A DNA stretch of 42,048 bases from Deferribacteres bacterium (GTDB lineage: Bacteria > Nitrospirota > Thermodesulfovibrionia > UBA6902). Position numbers and translations under genes: made by a program. The notes under the pieces were generated by a model. It ran no database searches. It saw only the letters and a program-made list of their open reading frames with translations, and was not told the DNA's origin. This document shows, in pieces, positions 6,314-15,074 of this stretch; the stretch's first letter is position 1, and each line of letters starts with the position of its first letter. Where the stretch lies: NCBI GenBank assembly GCA_013152795.1, contig JAADFS010000032.1, positions 1-42,048 on the forward strand, in the 5' to 3' direction.

Positions 6314-7371
6314 ACCGCTTCCTCCCTGCGGCTGAGAAGGTTTGCAATCCACCGGACGATAAGGAGAAGCAACCCGCTTCCGGCCAGTATCCATGATTTG
6401 TATGCAAGGTCGATATTTAATGCATAATAGAACAACACGAGAAAGCCCGGTAAGAAAAGACAGGAGAGACCTGTTAACACGCGGTCTCCATACATGTATC
6501 CCGTCACTAATAAACCGATGGCAACAAGAATTCCCGGGGTGGTGAAAATGCCCAGCAGTATGGTGCAGCCAATTACGAGGATTAACCAGGGTTGCCGGAG
6601 CCTGCTTAATCCCCCCGCCAGATTTATAAACATATATACCATTCCGGCAGATATCAGGACGCTTGAAGGCCAGTCCGGCTCACTGAATCCGGAAATCCGC
6701 AAGTCTATACGCGTAAGGTTCAGAAACAGCAGTGTTGCCGGCAACATCGCTGCGGCCGAATAAACCAGCGGCACAAGAGATGAATGAATCTTTCCGCGTA
6801 ATATCAGTATGCCGAAGAGAATTGTTTCTGCGGCTATTATTACGTGCATCAGATAAGGTATCTGTTCTTTAACGACCCATGCGGTGGCTAGAGCGGCTGC
6901 GGCAAGCGGTGAAAGAAAACGATAAATATTATTGCGGAAAAGGGGATAAACAATTCCGCATATGACAGCCTGGGCAATGACAAATGTCGAAAGACTGAAA
7001 TCCCGGGCAATATCAGGGATGCCTGAAAGGACCAGGATATTGCCTGAAAAAGCCAGTGCAAGAGAAAGTTGGCTGAGAAAGGTGGATTTGCGCCTTCTTG
7101 AAATGATTATTGCAATGCCAAGGAAAACGGCCCCGAATATGGCAGCGCCGATACCGTGTTTTATTAATTCTGATACGCCGAGGAACATGATAATGAAAAT
7201 TGCAGAAAACCAGGCTCCGATACCGTAAAGTATGCGGATGTAGAGGGGATCCCGAGCTTTAATTTTATCATCGAGGACTCTGAATATCTCATCCATTTCC
7301 CCTGGACTCAACATCTCCCTGATTTCCCGGCGCTCGAAAAGTTCCTTAAGAGTACAGGATTTGCCCTTCAA
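6310..7371 (-). CDS. Polytopic membrane protein, DUF4401-like
   Basis: 353 aa with multiple TM helices. It is the middle gene of the recurrent DUF2157/DUF4401/GDYXXLXY trio and overlaps both neighbours by 4 nt. Confidence 0.55.
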   Translation of the reverse strand: MKGKSCTLKELFERREIREMLSPGEMDEIFRVLDDKIKARDPLYIRILYGIGAWFSAIFIIMFLGVSELIKHGIGAAIFGAVFLGIAIIISRRRKSTFLSQLSLALAFSGNILVLSGIPDIARDFSLSTFVIAQAVICGIVYPLFRNNIYRFLSPLAAAALATAWVVKEQIPYLMHVIIAAETILFGILILRGKIHSSLVPLVYSAAAMLPATLLFLNLTRIDLRISGFSEPDWPSSVLISAGMVYMFINLAGGLSRLRQPWLILVIGCTILLGIFTTPGILVAIGLLVTGYMYGDRVLTGLSCLFLPGFLVLFYYALNIDLAYKSWILAGSGLLLLIVRWIANLLSRREEAV

Positions 7372-8378
7372 ACGTTGTCGCCCTCCATTTCATCTGTCAT
7401 TGCCGCCTTTATTTTCCTGAGCCTGACCGCCGCTCCGCTTGCCACACCGAGTATAATAAGTGCAAATAAGAGAGAAGCCGCTGCGTCACTTCCGATAATC
7501 TCAAACAGGAGTTTGCCTGTTAATGCCAGCAGAATAATGCAGACGTTCATAACGATAATAGAAAGCGAAGTCATATCGCGGAGCCTGAAGCGGTAACAGA
7601 TGTATCCGCTTATGGAAGCAGCGGTCCATATGAACGCTGTAAGAATCATGATGATTGTCCTGTTCCTTTCCAGAATCAGAAGAATAGTTGGTACTGACAA
7701 TGGAACAAGAACTGCAAGCAGCAGGGTGATGCGGAGCCATCGGCCCCTTAACCAGTCAAGCCCCTTTATCAGGGCTTTTTCTCTCAGTATGAGAAACAGG
7801 CCGTTAAGTAGAGCAATTGTCATGAAAAGCGTTTCATAAGAGAGGGAATGGTTTGGATAGCCTACCTGCTGCCAGTAAAGAATAATTCCTGCATTAGTGA
7901 TAATCAACCACAGAACCCACAGCGCGGCAAATTCCGAGAGTACAACCCAGGGAAGAATGAGAATCGCCCATCCCCTGAAAAGCTCAAAGGCATCAGCTCC
8001 TGTTTGGTAAATCTGTCCGTATACTGCCAGGAGAACCCCTGCGAGGACAGATGAGCTCAGTATAAGCACCTTGCCGCTCAGCCTGTCTGTTCCGCGGATG
8101 TATGAAACAGCCACGCATGCTGCAATCCCGAACTCAATGAGCCCGAACTTGAGAAATTTCCCCATTGAGGACCAGTTGTAGGCGAAGAAAAAGACTATAC
8201 CGGCCAGTACTAATGTGCTGCCGAAAAAAAGGAGCATATGGTTTGCCCATGCGAACCATGCAGTGGAAGGGCGCAATATCCTGCAGGCTGCATCAAACGC
8301 CTTTTCGTTCAATAATCCTTCCTGGTAAAGCCTGTGGATTGTTCTGATATCAGCTTTTCTTTCCAAAGAAGAGGGCAT
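7368..8378 (-). CDS. Polytopic membrane protein, DUF2157-like
   Basis: 336 aa. A soluble N-terminal ~45 aa is followed by TM helices (..FFFAYNWSSMGKF..). It is the first gene of the trio. Confidence 0.55.
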   Translation of the reverse strand: MPSSLERKADIRTIHRLYQEGLLNEKAFDAACRILRPSTAWFAWANHMLLFFGSTLVLAGIVFFFAYNWSSMGKFLKFGLIEFGIAACVAVSYIRGTDRLSGKVLILSSSVLAGVLLAVYGQIYQTGADAFELFRGWAILILPWVVLSEFAALWVLWLIITNAGIILYWQQVGYPNHSLSYETLFMTIALLNGLFLILREKALIKGLDWLRGRWLRITLLLAVLVPLSVPTILLILERNRTIIMILTAFIWTAASISGYICYRFRLRDMTSLSIIVMNVCIILLALTGKLLFEIIGSDAAASLLFALIILGVASGAAVRLRKIKAAMTDEMEGDNV

Positions 8379-8617
8379 TGTCTGCTTACAGGAGTTTTAG
8401 GCCGGCCTTAATGCCCGGCATTCATTTTTTATTTTTCTCCGTTTCCTCTCAATGACGCTATTAATTTAACGACACCGTCATTCCCATAGAACTTGTATGT
8501 GTGGCGTGTGGCAGACTAAGACAGCCAGGCAAAACCAACAAGAGAGGACGGCTACGAAAAAGACCGCACGCCGACACGTAGTAAGCATACCAGTCTCAAA
8601 CAGATTTGGCAACTTAT

Positions 8618-8682
8618 CATTACAGCGGCATAAAATACCGTCAGGGGGGCAGACTTCTCTGCCTGTTTATGCAACATTAAGC
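8618..8682 (+). repeat. ACCTTA-hairpin mosaic element, minimal single-hairpin copy
   Basis: CATTACAGCGGCATAAAATACCG..GGCAGACTTCTCTGCC..TGTTTATGCAACATTAAGC. Confidence 0.75.
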
Positions 8683-9013
8683 TTATCTGTTTGCAGATTG
8701 CGACTCGCTTTACTTGCTTCTGTCATATCACGCAGATTGGAATCCGCCGGGCAGTTTTTATGGATTACGTACCCGGATAGAAATTGAACTGTGTTATAAT
8801 ATTTTAACTCGGTTAAAGGCATATTCCCGACTTTTCCATAGGGGGCGAATAATCAATGTTTGCAAACAAACGTGAACAGTTGCCGTTTTTCTGTGCTTCC
8901 GGCTTTTGTCCTTGCCGGTGTCGTAGAGCGCGCCGGGATCGTTTCTCAAGAAGTGATTACTTGTGCTTTTGCCTTGCGGGACGGCAGGCAATTGAATGAA
9001 GGAGGAGATTATT

Positions 9014-9217
9014 ATGAAATCAAGAGGACTATGTGTAATTCTGGGTGTGCTTATGATTGCCCTGTTATTTCCGTATTCAGCAGCAGCCGACTGGCAGATA
9101 GAGTGTCTGGATTGTCCGCGTAATTTTGACTGGTTAAGCAACAGGGCGCTGGCATTCTTCCGGGAATCCTCATATTGTCTATACAGGTTCAAACGCTGTG
9201 TATTATGCTTACTATGA
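9014..9217 (+). CDS. Signal-peptide-bearing N-terminal fragment of the repeat protein (out of frame with the body)
   Basis: GGAGGAG lies 6 nt before ATG 9014. The product MKSRGLCVILGVLMIALLFPYSAAADWQIECLDCPRNFDWLSNRALA then turns to nonsense, with a stop at 9215-9217. Confidence 0.6.
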   Translation: MKSRGLCVILGVLMIALLFPYSAAADWQIECLDCPRNFDWLSNRALAFFRESSYCLYRFKRCVLCLL

Positions 9218-11672
9218 CGGCGTTTCCTGGCATATTGAGACAGTGGACAGTGACGGCAACGTCAAAAGTGCATCCATAACCATAGACTCATCAGATAATG
9301 TTCATATCAGTTATGACTATGACTACAACTATGATTATTTTTATAATCGTACGCTGAAGTATGCGACGAATGCCTCAGGCTCATGGGTCTCTGTGGTGGT
9401 AGACAGTGAGGGAGGCGGGTATCCTTCCATAGCCATAGACTCATCAGATAATGTTCATATCAGCTACAGCTCTCCCGGGTTGAAGTATGCGACGAATGCC
9501 TCGGGCTCGTGGGTCTCTGTGGTGGTAGACAGTGAGGGAGTCGGGTATCCTTCCACAGCCATAGACTCATCAGATAATGTGCATATCAGTTATACCTCTT
9601 TTGATAATGGTTTGAAGTATGCGACAAATGCCTCGGGCTCCTGGGTGACTGTGATAGTGGACAGCGCCGGAGGGCTGAATTCCTCCATAGCCATAGACTC
9701 ATCAGATAACGTGCATATCAGTTATACAGATAGTTATCCAGATTACAACCTGAAATACGCAACGAATGCCTCAGGCTCCTGGGTCTCTGTGATGGTGGAC
9801 AGTGAGGGAACCTTTTATTATTCCTCCATAGCCATAGATTCATCAGATAATGTGCATATCAGTTATCTTAGTTATTTAGATTGGGAGTTGAAGTATGCAT
9901 TGAATGCCTCAGGTTCATGGGTAGTCGAGACAGTGGACAGCAGTAGACTGGCCTCTGCAACTGCTTCAGTAGCAGTAGATTCAGCAGATAATGTCCATAT
10001 AACTTACGTTGGCCCTCAAGGTCTGATGTACAGGACAAATGCCTCGGGCTCATGGGTGACCGAGACAATAGACAGCGAAGGAAAATGGGGGCCTTCCATC
10101 GCAGTAGACTCATCAGGCAAGGTGCATATTAGTTATAGCACTTATTCTTGCTCTGTCAGTATCAGTTGCCTGAAATATGCAACGAATGCCTCGGGCTCAT
10201 GGGTGTCTGAAATGCTGGACAGCATGGCTAAATCAAATACATCCATAGCCATAGATTCGTCAGATAAAGTACATATCAGTTACTATGATTCTTTTTTTGA
10301 TGGAAGTTTAATGCCCACCTACCTGCAATATACGACAAATGCTTCCGGTTCGTGGGTGTTTGAAAGGGTGGACGGTGACTATGACATAGATGCTCCCTCC
10401 ATCATAGATACTCCCTCCATGGCCATAGACTCATCAGATAACGTGCATATCAGTTACTCTTTTGCTTATTATAATACCATTGATTGGATGATTGACCACG
10501 TCCAGATGAGATATGCGACGAATGCCCCGGGGTCATGGATTATTGAAACGGTGGACGAGACACAGCCAACTATGTATTATTCCATGTATCCTTCCATAGC
10601 CATAGACTCATCAGATAACCTGCATATCAGTTATAACAATGATTATGGCCTGAAATACGCAACGAATGCCTCAGGTTCATGGGTGTCTGAGACAGTGGAT
10701 GACAATGGCAGTGAGCCCTCTTTCATAGCCATAGATTCATCAGATAACGTACATATCAGTTATAGCGATACCTATCCGGATTACAAACTGAAATACGCAA
10801 CGAATGCCTCAGGCTCGTGGGTGTCTGAGACAGTGGCCATTTATGGAGGCGCGATCTCCATGGCCGTGGATTCATCGGATTATGTTCATATTGTTTATTA
10901 TGATAATAAAGACTATGACCTCAAGTATGCGACCAACAAGCCTTTGCCGGACATCTCGGTAACCGACTCGGTCGATCCCGCCGATGACCTCCTGATACCG
11001 TTTGGTGATATAACAAAATGCAGCTTATCAGGCCGGCCGGTCACCGTAACCAATACCGGAGATGCGAACCTTGTGATTGGATCGGTATATTTAACAGGCA
11101 CCAACCAGGATCAATTCGGCATACGGAATGACACTTGTTCAGGCGCGGCGATATCGCCCTCGGGAACCTGCACAATCGATGTGGTATTCAGCCCCACAGA
11201 GGCAGGGGAGTTGAGAGCTGTCCTTGGGATAGACAGCAATGATCCCGACACGCCGTCTGTTGAGGTGGAACTGGCTGGAACAGGCGTACAGCTCCCCTAT
11301 AAAGTCAGCGGCAAAGGCATGAATCATCCTGCGGCAAGGTCCATGGCCATGATGGCCCTCGATGTCAGTGCTTCCTCTCCGGAAGCGGGCCGGCTCAAGT
11401 ATTATTATAGCCGCCACGGTCACGGCCGCAGAGGCGGACTGACTCTTGAAAGCACGTCAATCACCGGGCTGTCCGTGGGCTGTTACGGAGACGCCGCAAT
11501 TACAGGCACCGGCACAGTGAAAGGAACGGCGGGATATACCTTTACCGCAACAGTAACCGACGGCGGTCCGGACAGCATGGGCATCGAGATTTACAGGCCT
11601 GACGGAACACTTTACTTCAGTGCGGAACCAGAAGCCGTACGTATGGGGGATTTTGTCATAGAGGAAGAATAA
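9198..11672 (+). CDS. Large secreted repeat protein: 13 copies of LKYATNASGSWV..IAIDSSDNVHISY, then a choice-of-anchor-D-like Ig domain and a C-terminal beta-rich domain
   Basis: The frame is actually open from 9138 (..SSGNPHIVYTGSNAVYYAYYDGVSWHIETVD). The GVQ..GDANLVIGSV..FSPTEAG segment resembles ASH/choice-of-anchor-D domains. There is no in-frame ATG or signal peptide of its own (see the frameshift finding). Confidence 0.8.
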   Translation: MYYAYYDGVSWHIETVDSDGNVKSASITIDSSDNVHISYDYDYNYDYFYNRTLKYATNASGSWVSVVVDSEGGGYPSIAIDSSDNVHISYSSPGLKYATNASGSWVSVVVDSEGVGYPSTAIDSSDNVHISYTSFDNGLKYATNASGSWVTVIVDSAGGLNSSIAIDSSDNVHISYTDSYPDYNLKYATNASGSWVSVMVDSEGTFYYSSIAIDSSDNVHISYLSYLDWELKYALNASGSWVVETVDSSRLASATASVAVDSADNVHITYVGPQGLMYRTNASGSWVTETIDSEGKWGPSIAVDSSGKVHISYSTYSCSVSISCLKYATNASGSWVSEMLDSMAKSNTSIAIDSSDKVHISYYDSFFDGSLMPTYLQYTTNASGSWVFERVDGDYDIDAPSIIDTPSMAIDSSDNVHISYSFAYYNTIDWMIDHVQMRYATNAPGSWIIETVDETQPTMYYSMYPSIAIDSSDNLHISYNNDYGLKYATNASGSWVSETVDDNGSEPSFIAIDSSDNVHISYSDTYPDYKLKYATNASGSWVSETVAIYGGAISMAVDSSDYVHIVYYDNKDYDLKYATNKPLPDISVTDSVDPADDLLIPFGDITKCSLSGRPVTVTNTGDANLVIGSVYLTGTNQDQFGIRNDTCSGAAISPSGTCTIDVVFSPTEAGELRAVLGIDSNDPDTPSVEVELAGTGVQLPYKVSGKGMNHPAARSMAMMALDVSASSPEAGRLKYYYSRHGHGRRGGLTLESTSITGLSVGCYGDAAITGTGTVKGTAGYTFTATVTDGGPDSMGIEIYRPDGTLYFSAEPEAVRMGDFVIEEE

Positions 11673-11731
11673 AACGGCTCCTGTCAACTTCGTGGGGATT
11701 ACGCATATTATCTGCGTTTAAAGAGCCCGGT

Positions 11732-13423
11732 TCACCGGGCAGCAGCTTTACCCTGAATCTTCGCCCACGTATCCCGCAGGGTCACCGTCCTGTTGAACAC
11801 CGGCCTGCCCGGCGCGGAGTCCGGGTCAACACAGAAATATCCGACCCTTTCAAACTGGTAGCGGCTGCCGGGCCGGGCATCCGCCAGCGACGGCTCAACC
11901 CGGCAGGACTGCAATACCTCCAGCGAATCCGGATTCAGATGCGCACCGAGGTCATCGCCGATTTCGGCCGGGTCAGCGGTTGTAAACAAATGGTTATACA
12001 GGCGCACCTCGGCAGTGACTGCATGCGAGGCCGACACCCAGTGCAGCGTTGCCTTCACCTTACGGCCGTCAGGGGAATCCCCGCCGCGTGTCCGGGGGTC
12101 ATAGGTGCAGTGGACTTCGGTTATCTCGCCTGTACGCTCGTCCTTCACCACATCAGTGCATGTAATGAAATAGGCATACCGCAGCCTTACCTCCCGGCCG
12201 GGCGAGAGGCGGTAGAACTTCTTCGGGGGCTCCTCCATGAAGTCGTCCCGCTCTATGTATAAAACGCGTGAAAAAGGCACCTTCCTTGTCCCGGCATCCG
12301 GGTCTTCCGGGTTGTTTACGGCATCAAGCTCTTCCACCTGAGTCTCAGGATAGTTGACTATAACGAGCTTCAGCGGACGCAGCACGGCCATCACCCTCGG
12401 GGCCGTCCTGTTTAAATCCTCCCGGATGCAGTGCTCAAGCAGGGCGATGTCAACCACACTGTCCCTCCTGGCCACGCCTATGCGCTCGCAGAAATTCCTT
12501 ATCGAGGCCGGGGTGTAGCCCCGCCTCCTCAGGCCGGATATCGTGGGCATCCGTGGGTCATCCCATCCCCTGACATGGCCTTCTTCCACGAGCTTCAGGA
12601 GCTTTCTCTTGCTCATGACCGTATGGCTGAGGTTTAAACGCGCAAACTCGATCTGCTGCGGATGAAATATACCGAGCCTGTCGAGAAACCAGTCATACAG
12701 GGGGCGGTGGTCTTCAAATTCGAGGGTGCAGAGTGAGTGAGTAATCCCCTCAATGGAATCCGAGATGCAGTGGGCGAAGTCGTACATGGGATAAATGCAC
12801 CACTTGTCGCCTGTCCTGTGATGGGTCGTGTGCTGTATCCGGTAAATAACGGGGTCCCGCATGTTGATATTGCCTGAGGACATGTCGATCTTTGCGCGGA
12901 GGGTGCGGGAGCCGTCTTCAAATTCACCCGCCCTCATGCGCTCAAAGAGATCGAGGTTTTCTTCCACCGTCCGGTTGCGGTACGGGCTTTCCCTGCCGGG
13001 TGAGGTCAGTGTCCCCCTGTACTGCCTTATCTCTTCGGCGCTCAGGTCGCAGACATAGGCCATGCCGGCCCTGATCAGTTCAACGGCATACTGATACAGT
13101 TGTTCAAAGTAATCCGATGCGAAGAAGAGCCTGTCCCCCCAGTCAAACCCGAGCCACCTGACATCCGATTTGATCGACTCCACATATTCGGCCTCTTCCC
13201 TGCTCGGGTTGGTGTCATCAAACCTCAGGTTGCACAGACCGTTGAATTCACGGGCCACGCCGAAATTCAGGCAGATGGACTTTGCATGCCCTATATGCAG
13301 GTAACCGTTCGGCTCAGGCGGAAAACGCGTGTGAACCCGCCCGTTGTTCTTGCCGGCCTTTATATCCTCCCTGATGATATGACGTATAAAGTCTGATGTA
13401 TGTTTCAAGGCATCTCCGCTCAT
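11732..13423 (-). CDS. glnS: Glutaminyl-tRNA synthetase
   Basis: Collinear with E. coli GlnRS: [10 protein letters not shown].., [19 protein letters not shown] (HIGH motif), VMSKRKL (KMSKS motif), [20 protein letters not shown] prefer the start at MSGDALK (ATG 13423, AAGGAG 7 nt upstream) to 13444. Confidence 0.95.
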   Translation of the reverse strand: MSGDALKHTSDFIRHIIREDIKAGKNNGRVHTRFPPEPNGYLHIGHAKSICLNFGVAREFNGLCNLRFDDTNPSREEAEYVESIKSDVRWLGFDWGDRLFFASDYFEQLYQYAVELIRAGMAYVCDLSAEEIRQYRGTLTSPGRESPYRNRTVEENLDLFERMRAGEFEDGSRTLRAKIDMSSGNINMRDPVIYRIQHTTHHRTGDKWCIYPMYDFAHCISDSIEGITHSLCTLEFEDHRPLYDWFLDRLGIFHPQQIEFARLNLSHTVMSKRKLLKLVEEGHVRGWDDPRMPTISGLRRRGYTPASIRNFCERIGVARRDSVVDIALLEHCIREDLNRTAPRVMAVLRPLKLVIVNYPETQVEELDAVNNPEDPDAGTRKVPFSRVLYIERDDFMEEPPKKFYRLSPGREVRLRYAYFITCTDVVKDERTGEITEVHCTYDPRTRGGDSPDGRKVKATLHWVSASHAVTAEVRLYNHLFTTADPAEIGDDLGAHLNPDSLEVLQSCRVEPSLADARPGSRYQFERVGYFCVDPDSAPGRPVFNRTVTLRDTWAKIQGKAAAR

Positions 13424-13635
13424 ATGTGCATCTCCTTTCATCATCCCCTCCGGCTCGTGGAGGGGCCTGGATTATGAAACAATTTTACATGAACACCGCA
13501 TAAATTCTCCATAGAATTAAAGAAATCGCCGCTGGTTCCCGATAATAAACAGTAACCGGGATAATGACAGGGGTGGCAGAGGTCTTTTAATTATCGGATT
13601 TAATGAAACCGTTTCCAGGCAAAAGGAAGGCAGAC

Positions 13636-14934
13636 ATGCATCGTGACAACAGCCCCGCGGATACGGAGATGTCCAGGCTTGAGAAGAAGATCTACGTAAT
13701 CGCGGATGAGGTGCTTGATATCCTGAAACAGCTTTCCCGTGAGAACAAGAAGCAGCTCAATGCCAAGCTTATCGCCGAAAAGATGTTCACAAAGGATACG
13801 GTCAAACAGATGCTGGCCCATCCGGCCCGCGAAGAATGCAGGGACAGAAAGGATTTTTCCCCACTCAGGACAATAGCCGACGGTGTGCTGGACAAGCTCT
13901 CCGAGCTTCTCCCTTCATTTATGAACGAGAAATTCAAGGACCTGAAAGACCAGTTCGACGACAACAGTATTCTTGAGGATTCAACACTCTGGCTGAATGC
14001 ATCCATCAGGATCGTCAGGAAATATATCGATTCCATCTCAAACAAAAATAAAGAGCTTGAGCTCTTCATACACCAGACCATACAGTATCTCTCGGAGACC
14101 GAGCAGCGCCTGACAGGCGAACTATCCGCCCACCAGGAAAAATTTAATGCCGACAGGGCGTTCGAGAAGGATATATCCGCGCATATGAGCATGATAGAGC
14201 AGGATTTCAGCTCCGGCGCCGACATCGACGATATCAGGAAGGCCGTCCTGGGCAAGATAGAAAACATCAACAGGAGCATTGAAAAAAAGAGGGAGCAGGA
14301 CATGCTGCGGCTCAGAGAGACGGAAAAGACCCTGCAGGAAATGGGCCGGAGGATTTCGGATATCAAGAGGGAAGCCGATGAGCTGAAAAAAAGGGCGGAG
14401 GAGATAGAGAATGAGTCCTTCCACGACAAGCTCACGGGGCTCAAGAACCGCAAGGCGTATGACGAGGAGATAGTCAAGGCACTGGCCGCGGTGCAGCGGC
14501 ATAATGTCCCATATTCCCTGATGATCTGCGATATAGACCACTTCAAGAAGATAAACGACACCTACGGCCACAAGGTCGGAGACCTGACGCTCAGGAAACT
14601 CGCCGCCCTGCTGAAGGAGAGATTAAGGACAAGTGATTTTATAGCCCGGTACGGCGGGGAAGAGTTCGCCGTCATCCTGTCACATACCTCTCTGGAGGAT
14701 GCCGTAAAAGTCGGTGAAAATGTCAGGAACTTTATCAATAATTCATTGTTTTCATATAAAAACAGGAAGATTCCCGTAACCATCAGCATAGGCATCAGTT
14801 CTTTCCGCAGGGATGATGACGGCACGACGATATTCGAGAGGGCGGATGAGGCGCTTTACCTTGCCAAGGAGTCGGGCAGGAATACGGTAAAGACGGAAGA
14901 GGATGTCATCAGCCACCAGTCGATTATCAACTGA
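13636..14934 (+). CDS. Diguanylate cyclase (GGDEF) with a long coiled-coil N-terminal region
   Basis: Contains RYGGEEFAVIL, and the DIDHFKKINDTYGHKVGD context fits a GGDEF domain. ATG 13636 has AAGGAAGG upstream, whereas ATG 13603 in the ORF track lacks an SD. Confidence 0.9.
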   Translation: MHRDNSPADTEMSRLEKKIYVIADEVLDILKQLSRENKKQLNAKLIAEKMFTKDTVKQMLAHPAREECRDRKDFSPLRTIADGVLDKLSELLPSFMNEKFKDLKDQFDDNSILEDSTLWLNASIRIVRKYIDSISNKNKELELFIHQTIQYLSETEQRLTGELSAHQEKFNADRAFEKDISAHMSMIEQDFSSGADIDDIRKAVLGKIENINRSIEKKREQDMLRLRETEKTLQEMGRRISDIKREADELKKRAEEIENESFHDKLTGLKNRKAYDEEIVKALAAVQRHNVPYSLMICDIDHFKKINDTYGHKVGDLTLRKLAALLKERLRTSDFIARYGGEEFAVILSHTSLEDAVKVGENVRNFINNSLFSYKNRKIPVTISIGISSFRRDDDGTTIFERADEALYLAKESGRNTVKTEEDVISHQSIIN

Positions 14935-15011
14935 ACCTTTAACCTCCCGCATTGCAGGTTTGCCCTGAATTACAGGCAGAAAAACATCCACACACACTCT
15001 CCTTTTACCGT

Positions 15012-15039
15012 TAAAGTAATAGCCGCAAAAATCCGATTG
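15012..15039 (+). promoter_or_regulatory. Candidate sigma28 (FliA)-type promoter for the che operon
   Basis: TAAA (15012-15015), a 16-nt spacer, then TCCGATTG (15032-15039). The consensus is TAAA-N15-GCCGATAA. It lies ~36 nt upstream of ATG 15075. Confidence 0.3.
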
Positions 15040-15074
15040 TAAATCAAACAATTAAAATTGACCCGAGGTCTCAA

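Noticed and set aside
5584-8580. The shared 11-mer GCCGACACGTA at about 5584 and about 8568 as a further repeat
   Set aside because: The match does not extend beyond the 11-mer. Matches of this length are expected by chance many times in a 42-kb self-comparison.
8497-9192. ORFs 8497-8787 (+) and 8794-9192 (-) in the 635-bp spacer upstream of the repeat protein
   Set aside because: The first spans a mosaic repeat copy. The second is antisense to the signal-peptide ORF. Neither has an SD or recognisable motifs.
13692-14561. The 289-aa - strand ORF inside the GGDEF gene, and similar antisense ORFs (17510-18154, 19700-20413, 15449-15859, 22032-22487, 36211-36732)
   Set aside because: These are Ser/Leu/Phe-rich antisense shadows of well-supported genes with clear family motifs on the opposite strand.
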